Virus record (IMG/VR): IMGVR_UViG_3300023213_000432
Location: 263,424-327,423 of that record
Source of the DNA: a virus
Taxonomy: Duplodnaviria; Caudoviricetes
Strand: one strand, 5' to 3'
DNA: 64,000 nt
Shown: one piece after another, positions 10,380 to 19,454 of the stretch
Layout: the number at the start of each line of letters is the position of its first letter
Position numbering within the stretch: the first letter of the stretch is position 1
Translations under genes and position numbers: made by a program
The notes under the pieces: generated by a model
Told to the model about the DNA's origin: nothing
The model's database searches: none
What the model saw: only the letters and a program-made list of their open reading frames with translations

Positions 10380-10422
10380 ATTATTAATACCTGGCATTAA
10401 ATTATTAATACCTGGCATTAAA
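10380..10422. repeat. Perfect 21-bp tandem duplication
   Basis: ATTATTAATACCTGGCATTAA occurs twice head-to-tail; its core ATACCTGGCAT is near-palindromic. Confidence 0.95.
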
Positions 10423-12760
10423 GTGGCGAAGTACTAGCCACCGTATCTTGTATTAGAGTGAAAAGAGTTGTATATCCAGAAGAAGTAATTACGCCGCTAC
10501 TGTCTAATGGAATATATCTTACAGTGCCTGTTGTATTTGAGGATGGCAGAGCGCCAGATGGCGTTATGGAACCGGTATCTGTATATGATGTAGATCCTAT
10601 TACATTGGCTATCTTAAGTTCCCCACCAGTTGTTCGACCATATACATTATAGCTGGCAGCATCCGTTACACCATTCCAGTTAATAGTTATTGTATTAGTG
10701 CTTGTACCAGTTGCCGTAAGTGTAGACATTTCAGTGGATGCTAAGGTTTCTCCAAGATCGTTAAGGGCAGAAATGCGATAGTAATAAGTAGTATTACCTA
10801 GTAATGAACCGCCTGTAGAAGCAGTACTGAATGAAGAAATAGATGGAGTAGAAAGAAATGGCGTCTCTGCACGAACCCTAATCACAATATTTTGATTACC
10901 TAAATATTGGTAAGAACTAGTAACCACGCCACTTGAATTAGTTAGTCCGCTAAGTAATTCAGAGCCAGCAACAATATTAGTAGATTTGTAAATTGCAACG
11001 CGTGCATTTTGGATGGCAGCACCAACACTATTTTGTACGGTAACGGTAAGTGTAACTGAATTATTGATGGTAGTTGTCCCACCATTTGTATTAATAAAGG
11101 TAGAAACGTTCGTGCCATTGGTAGCATTTATAGTAATTGCTCCTGTAGAAGAATTTTCAATATCATATATGTTGCCGGAAAATTGTAAATTACTAAATGT
11201 GTATGTACCAGCAACAGTAATTTTAATAGCCCTATTACAGTTAATAAAATTACAATTTGTAACAGCAGTAGCATCAGAAGTGGCATTGAAAATCATTGCA
11301 TAAGTACCACTAACTGGTGCTTGTTGTTGAACGTTGGTAAAAGTACATTTATTTACAGTGGCGCCAGTGGGCGTTAATGCTCCAGAACTAGAGATAGTGC
11401 AAGATTGCATAGCGCAAGAACTATTCAGAGTTCCAGAACTCATTTGAGAAAGGGTACATCCATAAAGATTAGTAACAGTATTGGCAGCTCCAGCACTTAA
11501 TGTCCAAGCGCTTGATATTGTAGTATCTGCTATAGGTACTGGTCTGCCCAATGATGAATCAGCAATAGAATCTGTATATGTAGTGGTGGTGTTGTCAGCA
11601 ATAGTTGCAACAAATAATTCAGTTCCAGATGTTCCTCCTACTTTAGTTCGATAAATATTACGGGCAGTAACACGACTAGTAGCAGTATAAGTTGGAATAG
11701 AGGTTAGTGAAATGCTTTGATTGCCAGTAGTTGTAGTAATGGTGGCGGATTCAGTTCCTCCATTGGTTTCTCCTACACTAGTCACAAAAGTCACTTTATA
11801 AAGATAATTGCCCACGCCTAAATTAGAACCAACAGCCGCAGTTCCACTTGGGGCAGATGAGGGAGCACCAATACCAATATTGACAGCTCCGCTAACAGTA
11901 CAGCCTCCGCTGGCTATACTGTTACTAAAAGTTCCTAATTGAAAAGTAGTAGTAAAACTTGCAGCTCCCGCTGTGACAAGAGCATAAAAACTATTAGCCA
12001 CTAGAAAAGGTTGAAAAATGAATACTTGATTGCTATCTTGAAAATAAGTAATGGCGGATTGGGCAGCAGTTCCAAAATTAAGTTTTCCAGCGCCTAAATA
12101 AACTCCACTCGCTTTAGTCACAACTCCATAAGCATTGGTGGTAGAAGAATCGGCATTATAAATATCAATAAAACCAACTGGAGCAGCAGCAGTACCATTA
12201 TTGATAGTTAGGCCAGTTCCGAATTTAATTAAATCTATAGCACAGTTGTGTGGTTTGAAGCTACCCGCTCCAACAGTACCAGTTATGTCAAAACCAACAC
12301 CATAATTTTTAACGGAGGTCAAAGTAAGTGTGCCCTGTGACACATCAGCAGTAGATTGTGGGTCTATAACATAACAAGACCATCCCTCAACCGCACCAAA
12401 ATCTCTACCATCAACATACCAAGTTTTACCATTGCTAACATTGTTGGTGGTTAATGTCGGCGTAGCATCTGATGTAATTCCAAGACGTATTCCACCATTG
12501 ACTCTTGTTGCGGTGACTGGCCAAGTAATATCTTTGACCCACATAAATACGTGATTACCAGTCGTCATATCATTACCAGTAGTGGAAGCGAGCCCCCAAA
12601 GTATTGCAGCTGAAATACGTCCGGCAATACAGGCGGTTCCTTGCACAAACATGTCTACATCTGCGACCGCAGCCGTAGACCAAGCAGTAGGGAAAGTCCA
12701 GCCCGTAGTAGTGTCAGCATTATTTACTGTAGTAAAATCTGTAGTGATAGTTCCTGGCAT
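10418..12760 (-). CDS. Large Thr/Ser-rich virion protein with two FN3-like modules and a beta-helix-like segment
   Basis: 780 aa; YLYKVTFVTSVGET..ARNIYRT and YYYRISALNDLGET..INWNGVTDAASYNVYGR; CTIS/CTFT/CNFINC repeats. Confidence 0.75.
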   Translation of the reverse strand: MPGTITTDFTTVNNADTTTGWTFPTAWSTAAVADVDMFVQGTACIAGRISAAILWGLASTTGNDMTTGNHVFMWVKDITWPVTATRVNGGIRLGITSDATPTLTTNNVSNGKTWYVDGRDFGAVEGWSCYVIDPQSTADVSQGTLTLTSVKNYGVGFDITGTVGAGSFKPHNCAIDLIKFGTGLTINNGTAAAPVGFIDIYNADSSTTNAYGVVTKASGVYLGAGKLNFGTAAQSAITYFQDSNQVFIFQPFLVANSFYALVTAGAASFTTTFQLGTFSNSIASGGCTVSGAVNIGIGAPSSAPSGTAAVGSNLGVGNYLYKVTFVTSVGETNGGTESATITTTTGNQSISLTSIPTYTATSRVTARNIYRTKVGGTSGTELFVATIADNTTTTYTDSIADSSLGRPVPIADTTISSAWTLSAGAANTVTNLYGCTLSQMSSGTLNSSCAMQSCTISSSGALTPTGATVNKCTFTNVQQQAPVSGTYAMIFNATSDATAVTNCNFINCNRAIKITVAGTYTFSNLQFSGNIYDIENSSTGAITINATNGTNVSTFINTNGGTTTINNSVTLTVTVQNSVGAAIQNARVAIYKSTNIVAGSELLSGLTNSSGVVTSSYQYLGNQNIVIRVRAETPFLSTPSISSFSTASTGGSLLGNTTYYYRISALNDLGETLASTEMSTLTATGTSTNTITINWNGVTDAASYNVYGRTTGGELKIANVIGSTSYTDTGSITPSGALPSSNTTGTVRYIPLDSSGVITSSGYTTLFTLIQDTVASTSPL

Positions 12761-12771
12761 TTATGTGACCA

Positions 12772-13485
12772 TTAATTATAGAAAATCGTTGTTCTATTAT
12801 CCCATATCGCTGTAGTATTAGACCATAAAACTTGTTGTGGATTACCTGAAGCATCAAATGTGACTTTTTTAATAGTCCATGCGGCAGCGCTTGTAAGAGT
12901 ACCTGAAGGTGCAGTTCCTATATAATTGACTGTTGTACTACTCATATCATACTCTATTTTAATTTGTGGAACGGTAGTGTTTGCTAGTAGTATATTATTA
13001 GCATCAACTTGAATATTTCCATAAGTTCCATCAGGTCTAGATCCGTCTATTATGGAACGTGTTACTTCTATCCCTTCAGTATTATCTATAGTTTGATTTA
13101 AAAAGCGTGTTAATCTAGCTCCTGATACACGATGATAAATGGTTGTTAATCTAAATGCTGTCTGTGGAGTATTACCATTTACATATCTAACTCTAAAATA
13201 AGGAAGTATAACACGTAAATATTGTGGAACTATGTTAGGGCCAATTAAAGAGGCGCCGCTAACCCACACACTAACATCCCAATTAATTTCGTCTGGGCTA
13301 AATTCAAAATAAAAATTACCAGCAGCATTATTAGGACTTCCAGCTATATTTATACTAATTTCTTCAAAAGAAGTAACGTCTTCAACATTTCCAACAAAAG
13401 AAGCGCCGGCAACTAATGGAATAGTTGTAGAATTACCTTTGCTAACAAGGATACCAGTATTAAAAAGTTGTGACATTAATTTCAA
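12772..13485 (-). CDS. Putative virion structural protein
   Basis: 237 aa; C-terminal YIGTAPSG..WTIKK..GNP..WDNR..Y domain of a kind seen in phage structural genes. Confidence 0.6.
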   Translation of the reverse strand: MKLMSQLFNTGILVSKGNSTTIPLVAGASFVGNVEDVTSFEEISINIAGSPNNAAGNFYFEFSPDEINWDVSVWVSGASLIGPNIVPQYLRVILPYFRVRYVNGNTPQTAFRLTTIYHRVSGARLTRFLNQTIDNTEGIEVTRSIIDGSRPDGTYGNIQVDANNILLANTTVPQIKIEYDMSSTTVNYIGTAPSGTLTSAAAWTIKKVTFDASGNPQQVLWSNTTAIWDNRTTIFYN

Positions 13486-13497
13486 GCCCCATAGTTT

Positions 13498-13866
13498 TCA
13501 AGTTAATTCTGTAATGCGAGCAGCTCCATTCGTTTCAGTGACGCTCCAAATGCCTCTAATTTGTCCGGTGTATCCGAATGGAATTTCGAATAATCCAGCA
13601 GCACCAATCAAAACACTAAAATTAGTAGTCGAAACTGTAGAAGAAGTTAAACCTATTTTGAGAGTTGCAGATGATGTATCATTATAAATAAATACACCCC
13701 TTCTATTAGAGTTAGATGCTAAAAGCAATATATCAGAATTAACTGCGCTAACTGATGTTATTGTTCCGGTAGAAGATACACTAGTAGTATTTAATGCACT
13801 ATTAATAACTGTAACTGCATTACCGCTGGAATCATATAGAATGGCTGCAGGAGACTCGTTACCCAT
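13498..13866 (-). CDS. Small beta-rich putative virion protein
   Basis: 122 aa; N-terminal ESPAAILYDSSGN shared with gene 56386; GAGGA RBS. Confidence 0.65.
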   Translation of the reverse strand: MGNESPAAILYDSSGNAVTVINSALNTTSVSSTGTITSVSAVNSDILLLASNSNRRGVFIYNDTSSATLKIGLTSSTVSTTNFSVLIGAAGLFEIPFGYTGQIRGIWSVTETNGAARITELT

Positions 13867-13872
13867 GTGTCC

Positions 13873-14517
13873 TCAACTTATTGTCCTGGTTCTAGTTGAT
13901 TCAAAACCAGAACTATAAACTATAGTGTCAGTTACTGAATGCACTATAGTAACACCATCAAAATTGTACATATTCCAAACAATGGTAATTGGAAAATTAT
14001 TAGAATTGTAAGTGATTAATTTTTCAATCAGCTTTTTGCTTTTTGTTGCATCTATGTACCATATCATAGATGCAGGAAATGCACTTCTTATTGGCAAAGT
14101 TTCTTTGTAAGCACCACTTGCAAAACCATCTCCAGGGCCCTCATCCACAAAATGAATTAATTGTTTTAACGTTTCATGATCTGTAGCTGAGATACCATTG
14201 AGGCTGAACGTGTCCAAACCGTTGATAATTCCGGCTCCTTGCAGAAAATTCTTTTGTGATGTATTAAATTGAAGCAAATCAACATCACTTGATAAAACTA
14301 TAATATCTTTTGCCAATATTTTATGTTGTAATTCACCCTTTAAGAGGGAGGCACGAATATCAGCTTCACTTACTCCAGGAATTTGCAACAAATCACGTGT
14401 TTGTCCATATGGAATAGGATAGTTAAAAATCTTAATGGTCTTAATTTGAGGTGAAGTGTTTTGGACTACAAATGTTCCATTCTTTTTAGAAAATAGTGCA
14501 AAATCGTTCATACCCAT
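13873..14517 (-). CDS. Putative virion protein
   Basis: 214 aa; C-terminal domain homologous to that of gene 55313. Confidence 0.65.
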   Translation of the reverse strand: MGMNDFALFSKKNGTFVVQNTSPQIKTIKIFNYPIPYGQTRDLLQIPGVSEADIRASLLKGELQHKILAKDIIVLSSDVDLLQFNTSQKNFLQGAGIINGLDTFSLNGISATDHETLKQLIHFVDEGPGDGFASGAYKETLPIRSAFPASMIWYIDATKSKKLIEKLITYNSNNFPITIVWNMYNFDGVTIVHSVTDTIVYSSGFESTRTRTIS

Positions 14518-14520
14518 GGG

Positions 14521-15231
14521 TTAGCTTCCTTGTTTATGAAATCGATCTCGTACTGTAATCGTAATAGTGCGTTCAATGTCTGGATTATCTGCGCTAGCAT
14601 GGCAACCATCAAACAATTTATCCATTAGTGTGTCATAACTCTGTCTAGCAACATCAGATTTGGTGATTTTCAAAGACTGTTTAATATCTTTATAAATTAA
14701 ATTTTCATCTTTGGACAATATAGTTTTCTTCAAATCAGATTCACTCATGCTAACTAGTTGATCATATCCTAAACGATACCTAACATTAAGTAATTCTTCT
14801 AAATAATCAAAGCTACCTAATCCTGGCTGATTGGATACAAAGCCTTCATCATTGATACCGGTGCGTAGTCCGCTATCTATTGCAGTTAATAATACGCGCG
14901 CATTACTATCTTGCCATTCATGTTCTTTACCATAACTTTGTTTGATTCCGTTAAGTACATTTCGTAATTTAATAAAATTCTTGATTCTCTGAGAAAGACT
15001 TTCTGAAATAAAAGCTTCACTACGACTGTAATTTTGTAGTCCCCTTCGTGGATTAAATTCAGTTTCTTGATCGATGCGTCGAGTATCAAAAGCAGCTTTG
15101 ACAAATTTTGTATTCAAAGATATGGAAGAAAATATTATTTTTCTCAATAATCTGAGTCGTTTTCTAGATTCCACATTTTGTGAATCTCTAGAAATCAAAT
15201 TGTATATCTCTAAAGCTTCTAATATGTTCAT
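14521..15231 (-). CDS. Hypothetical protein
   Basis: 236-aa ORF heading the inverted block; contains FVKAA. Confidence 0.7.
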   Translation of the reverse strand: MNILEALEIYNLISRDSQNVESRKRLRLLRKIIFSSISLNTKFVKAAFDTRRIDQETEFNPRRGLQNYSRSEAFISESLSQRIKNFIKLRNVLNGIKQSYGKEHEWQDSNARVLLTAIDSGLRTGINDEGFVSNQPGLGSFDYLEELLNVRYRLGYDQLVSMSESDLKKTILSKDENLIYKDIKQSLKITKSDVARQSYDTLMDKLFDGCHASADNPDIERTITITVRDRFHKQGS

Positions 15232-15257
15232 TTTGCTCTAGTATTATGTCTTCTTAT

Positions 15258-15290
15258 TATAATGACCCACGACTGAAGTCGTAGGCTTCC
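15258..15290 (+). mobile_element. Orphan IS200/IS605-family end hairpin
   Basis: AATGACCCACGACTGAAGTCGTAGGCTT matches the IsrB element left end at 51043 at 23 of 28 positions. No transposon ORF is attached. Confidence 0.75.
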
Positions 15291-15300
15291 TTGCTAAAGA

Positions 15301-15380
15301 TCGTGAAACCATTATCAAATAAAAGGGCTATAATCTAGTATTTATTTTGTGGGAAATTACCAGAAACGTCCAAAAACAGA
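15301..15380 (+). pseudogene. 3' scar of a Vsr-like homing endonuclease
   Basis: Reads RETIIK*KGYNLVFILWE versus REALIKQRGYNLISIWE in gene 6061-6972, with an in-frame TAA and an indel. Confidence 0.7.
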
Positions 15381-15385
15381 ACCAT

Positions 15386-16138
15386 ATGAAACAACAAACC
15401 TATAAAAAAATTCTTCATCATCCAGATTTTGATGAAATTATAGCGAAATTTTCCATTGGTATTCATCCCAAAGAAATACATGATTGGTTAGCGGCTAAAT
15501 ATTCTGGAGAAAAACAAATGATTATCTCTGAAAAAGCTCTCAAGTCTTTTCAAGATAATTACTTTGATTTCTACACTACTATTCAACAAGATATTGCTTC
15601 CACCAAAACTGATCTTGCTATTGGTACTCAAGACGAATTATCTTTGGCGGTACAAAATAATTCTACCTACAAAGAACTAATTGTTAAGGCAGCTAGTCAG
15701 GAACTTGATTTTCGGAAGCTCATTGTTCAAGTAGCTATGGCTTTGGAAACCCGACTCGGACAAATCTTTGATGAAATTCAAGCGGATCCTCGCAACATCA
15801 ATACTAAAATTGATAGAGTTTTTCTTGATTATTGCGAACGAATGGAAAGCGTCCTCGATAAGTGTCATAAGTTCAATGAACCTACCGCCAATACTGTAGT
15901 GCAACATAACATGACTATTCAAGTGATGGATCAATATACCTCTGTCTTTATCGATGCTATCAAGAAAGTGCTTTCTCAAATTGATGTGGAAAGTTCTCTT
16001 TTATTTATGGAAATCTTCAATAAAGAATTTTCTAAACTTAAAATGCCAACACCTCAAGATCATCCTACTATGGAAATGAAGTTGGCTGAAGTCACTCTCC
16101 TCAATGAAACCATTAATAAGAAACTTAATTCCAACTGA
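15386..16138 (+). CDS. Hypothetical helical protein (N-terminal HTH-like region; weak terminase small subunit candidate)
   Basis: ATG at 15386 is preferred over TTG 15347, which lies in the scar. HTH-like N-terminus followed by coiled-coil. Confidence 0.65.
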   Translation: MKQQTYKKILHHPDFDEIIAKFSIGIHPKEIHDWLAAKYSGEKQMIISEKALKSFQDNYFDFYTTIQQDIASTKTDLAIGTQDELSLAVQNNSTYKELIVKAASQELDFRKLIVQVAMALETRLGQIFDEIQADPRNINTKIDRVFLDYCERMESVLDKCHKFNEPTANTVVQHNMTIQVMDQYTSVFIDAIKKVLSQIDVESSLLFMEIFNKEFSKLKMPTPQDHPTMEMKLAEVTLLNETINKKLNSN

Positions 16139-16177
16139 TTAATTAGGGTTTCTGACTATTTCGGCATACTAGCGAGA

Positions 16178-17902
16178 GTGTCTATGACTATTGATATGCC
16201 TAGCAAAGAACAAATATCTGAAGTGGCTCTTCGTCCTTATTCCGACGAAGAAATTGAAGCTGGCTCCAACTTAGAAGATAAGATTGAAAACTTGCTCAAG
16301 TTTTTTGGAGAAGAGAACATTGATTATGATCGGTTCCTTAATTCAGACAAAATCGCCTATCCTAATTACGATTTTCGATCCATTCCCGGACAACACGATA
16401 CTCGAAAATGGATTCAGACAGTTCGCGACATTTACAATAAAGAGAGTCAAGGCATACCACGTGTCCAAGCCATTCGACAAGTCACTGCTAGTTGGCATAT
16501 AATGGAGACATTTGATTTTCTCAATTGGCTCCGATTTTATGAAGAAGGCGCCCACCTCAAATACAAAGTAGCTCAATTGTGGTATGAAACTGGTTCCCCC
16601 GGTTACTATTTCCCGGTAAAACATGAACTATCTAAAGAGCCAACAGTCCCGGGACAATCAGGACATGACGTCGGATTAATTAAAGATACTATTTCCGAAG
16701 ATGCGGAACGAAAGCGCACCATTGAAAAACAGAGACAAAAACTGATTAGTCGGTTGAATTCTGCAGAGAAATTATTATGTTCTCCGGAAGGACAAACATT
16801 TGCCGGAAAAGAACTAGAAGTTTTAATGGAAGCTATCTACGCTTTGAAAAAGAAAATTCAACTGATCAATAAAAAGAGTGCTTCTATTAGGCTTTATGAA
16901 GATATGATTGTTCGGGAAGCTAATATGCTTCATAAGCGTGGATTTATCACTGCGGCAGAAACACTGCACACTATAGCTCAAGATGCATTGCTACAACCTC
17001 CTTCTCCTGATGAGCCTGAAAGAGGAACTGGAGCAGCTGGCGGCTTACCATCAATGGGTCCAGGTATGCCCCAAAATCCACCAGAGAGCGCACCTAATGA
17101 AACCTCAGTCATTCCTAAGTCTCCAGCAATTTCTAAGTTTTTGGAAGGATTAGAGACCAGCAAATTAACTGTGGATGAAGAAAGCGTCGATGATGAATTA
17201 GAAGTGGAAGATATAATGGAAGTAATAGATGCTAACGATTTATTGGTAGAAGCACAGGAAATTACTCCTACACCAGTTAATCCAGAAACAACTACACCTC
17301 TAGGTGAGCCTCCGCCTGTAGCCGAAGAAGAACCATTGGAAGTTATGGAAGAGGAGCTTCCTCCAGAAAAACCTAAAGCCAAAGATTTTGATCAAATTAT
17401 CGATGTTGCTTTTGCTAATGTTTCTATAGAAGATGTAGTTAATAAGTTAGAAGATTTATCCAAGATTTACAAAACTCGAGAAATCCCGCGACAATTAGCT
17501 ATTGTGGACATGATGTTGGATAGTTTGGGACTAGCTTCTTTCTTCCCGTCTTTATCAGAAGCGTCTAATAAAGCTATTGAATCTAATAATTATATCTCTA
17601 CTCGAATTGAAGACATCATCTCTAAGTTACGCGGAACTATGGAAACACGGGACATTGAACTCGGTAAAAAAGAAAAACCTTTATCTCCAGAGATGAAGGC
17701 GTTCCGGCAAAACCTCCAAGAGCAAGAAGAGCAAGAAAAGACTCGTAAGCAAATGAAAAAAGAATTAGGAACCAAGGATATGGCTCCTGCTGCCGTCCCT
17801 CAAATAGAAATCGGAGAAGAACTTGGCAAGGCAGCACCTGTTTTGATACCGGCTCCAGCAGGGTCTCCTATAGCTCCAACATTGCTTCCTCCACCAGCAT
17901 GA
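16178..17902 (+). CDS. Hypothetical acidic/Pro-rich putative head protein
   Basis: 574 aa; Pro/Glu-rich linkers, helical-hairpin module, DKIA and YKVA motifs. Confidence 0.75.
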   Translation: MSMTIDMPSKEQISEVALRPYSDEEIEAGSNLEDKIENLLKFFGEENIDYDRFLNSDKIAYPNYDFRSIPGQHDTRKWIQTVRDIYNKESQGIPRVQAIRQVTASWHIMETFDFLNWLRFYEEGAHLKYKVAQLWYETGSPGYYFPVKHELSKEPTVPGQSGHDVGLIKDTISEDAERKRTIEKQRQKLISRLNSAEKLLCSPEGQTFAGKELEVLMEAIYALKKKIQLINKKSASIRLYEDMIVREANMLHKRGFITAAETLHTIAQDALLQPPSPDEPERGTGAAGGLPSMGPGMPQNPPESAPNETSVIPKSPAISKFLEGLETSKLTVDEESVDDELEVEDIMEVIDANDLLVEAQEITPTPVNPETTTPLGEPPPVAEEEPLEVMEEELPPEKPKAKDFDQIIDVAFANVSIEDVVNKLEDLSKIYKTREIPRQLAIVDMMLDSLGLASFFPSLSEASNKAIESNNYISTRIEDIISKLRGTMETRDIELGKKEKPLSPEMKAFRQNLQEQEEQEKTRKQMKKELGTKDMAPAAVPQIEIGEELGKAAPVLIPAPAGSPIAPTLLPPPA

Positions 17903-17908
17903 TGCCGC

Positions 17909-18670
17909 ATGAAGCTTCGTCAAATTCTTCGCACAATGCAGAGAGTCCAAGAGAAAATTGGAGCTTCCCCTGCCTATATTGTTGGTGGAACTAGTCGCGA
18001 TAAATACTTGGGCAGATTGGAAAATGTTGCTGACATTGACATTACCAATGGAAACAAATCAATCGAATATTTATCGGCAGAATTTGCCAACGAGTTGAAG
18101 AAGGAATATCAATTAACTCGGAAGGTAATGGAAGATGGACATAGCACCATTTTTCTTGGCAATCTTAAAATTGATTTTTCTTCTAACTTCAACGTGCCTA
18201 ACATTACCGTCATTCTTCAACAAATGGGAATTCCGCATCCTACTGACATGCAGAAGGAAATTTTTAGTCGTGATTTCACTTGTAATGCTCTTTTGATTTC
18301 ATTAGATTTGAAAACTTTGATTGACCCTACAGAGCGAGGATTTAGGGACATCGGCGCTAGAAAAATTCGCACTTGCCTTTCTCCGGAAATCACATTAACA
18401 TCCAATCGCAATCGTGTTGTTAGAGCCATTTACTTGGCTACTAAATTAGATTTTGATGTGGATACTAGCATCATTGAATTTGTTCGAGATAACCCTTCCG
18501 TTATCAATGTTTCTACCAAAAAAGTAATGAAAGAAAAATTAGATGAAGCATTTACACGTGATCCTAACAAAGCTAGTTATTTAGTAAGTGAAATGGGTTT
18601 ATGGAATCACATTCCGATTTCGAATGCTATTTACCCATATTACATGCGGGCGAGCGCCAATGCAACCTAA
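17909..18670 (+). CDS. Class II nucleotidyltransferase (CCA-adding/poly(A) polymerase head domain), non-canonical motif D
   Basis: YIVGGTSRD..ADIDI (motif A), SRDFTCNAL (motif B), SNRNRVVRA in place of EDxxR (motif D). Confidence 0.85.
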   Translation: MKLRQILRTMQRVQEKIGASPAYIVGGTSRDKYLGRLENVADIDITNGNKSIEYLSAEFANELKKEYQLTRKVMEDGHSTIFLGNLKIDFSSNFNVPNITVILQQMGIPHPTDMQKEIFSRDFTCNALLISLDLKTLIDPTERGFRDIGARKIRTCLSPEITLTSNRNRVVRAIYLATKLDFDVDTSIIEFVRDNPSVINVSTKKVMKEKLDEAFTRDPNKASYLVSEMGLWNHIPISNAIYPYYMRASANAT

Positions 18671-19409
18671 ATTAGTTTATTTTCAAGGAACCGAAGAGCC
18701 AACTCCCGGCAATAAACAATACAAATCGGATAAAGCGATTACGGTTCAACCTCGTTTCAAAGAGCCATTTTATCGGAATTATGATATTTATCAAACCGAG
18801 GGAGTGAACGGAGAACCAAAACACAGTCCCGGATCTGGATATCATGCTCTTTTTAATTACAAGAGCGTGGCTGATTTTCTTAAAGACCGTCGCCGAAAAC
18901 TTCAAGATAAATATAAAGCTGACGACAGTTGGATTGAGGATACTAGAGAAAATAGAGAGGAACGTATTCGAAGAATGCGAACGCGAGCCAAATTATTTTC
19001 TAAATTCATTAAAATAGCTATTGATTTTATAGCGGATGAACAAGGAGGCACCAACCAACTTATGTGGGACATGGAGGCAGAATCTGGAACTGGAATATTG
19101 GGAAACTCGGTGTATTGGGGAGGATTTACCGATCCTTATCTTCCTCCCATGGATTTTGAGGGAAAACGAGTGGATAACCTCAATTTTGGGCGTGATTATG
19201 AAGGAAAATTAAGAATTTTTGATGAAGATAAATTGCATGCTTTGATGGAAAAATATCTCAATGCCAAAGAGCCGCCTCCGTTAGGGTTGCCAGATGGAAT
19301 GAGTCCTCCAGATGATTTAGACCCCGTATCCACTATTCAAACAGAGCAACCTTTCTTTGGAACAACGGATATGGGTATAACAGTTTATGAAGACAAGTGG
19401 AATATCTGA
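18660..19409 (+). CDS. Hypothetical putative head protein with YFQGTEEPTPG motif
   Basis: Likely start ATG 18660 overlapping the previous gene; 11-aa motif identical to one in gene 31334. Confidence 0.7.
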   Translation: MQPKLVYFQGTEEPTPGNKQYKSDKAITVQPRFKEPFYRNYDIYQTEGVNGEPKHSPGSGYHALFNYKSVADFLKDRRRKLQDKYKADDSWIEDTRENREERIRRMRTRAKLFSKFIKIAIDFIADEQGGTNQLMWDMEAESGTGILGNSVYWGGFTDPYLPPMDFEGKRVDNLNFGRDYEGKLRIFDEDKLHALMEKYLNAKEPPPLGLPDGMSPPDDLDPVSTIQTEQPFFGTTDMGITVYEDKWNI

Positions 19410-19454
19410 ACCCACGGATATTTCAGCATATGATAGCATTTAATCGAGGCAATC

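Noticed and set aside
7551-12760. Tape measure or S-layer/host gene insertion
   Set aside because: Composition is beta-rich rather than helical, and the genes share phage promoter motifs and modules with other structural genes.
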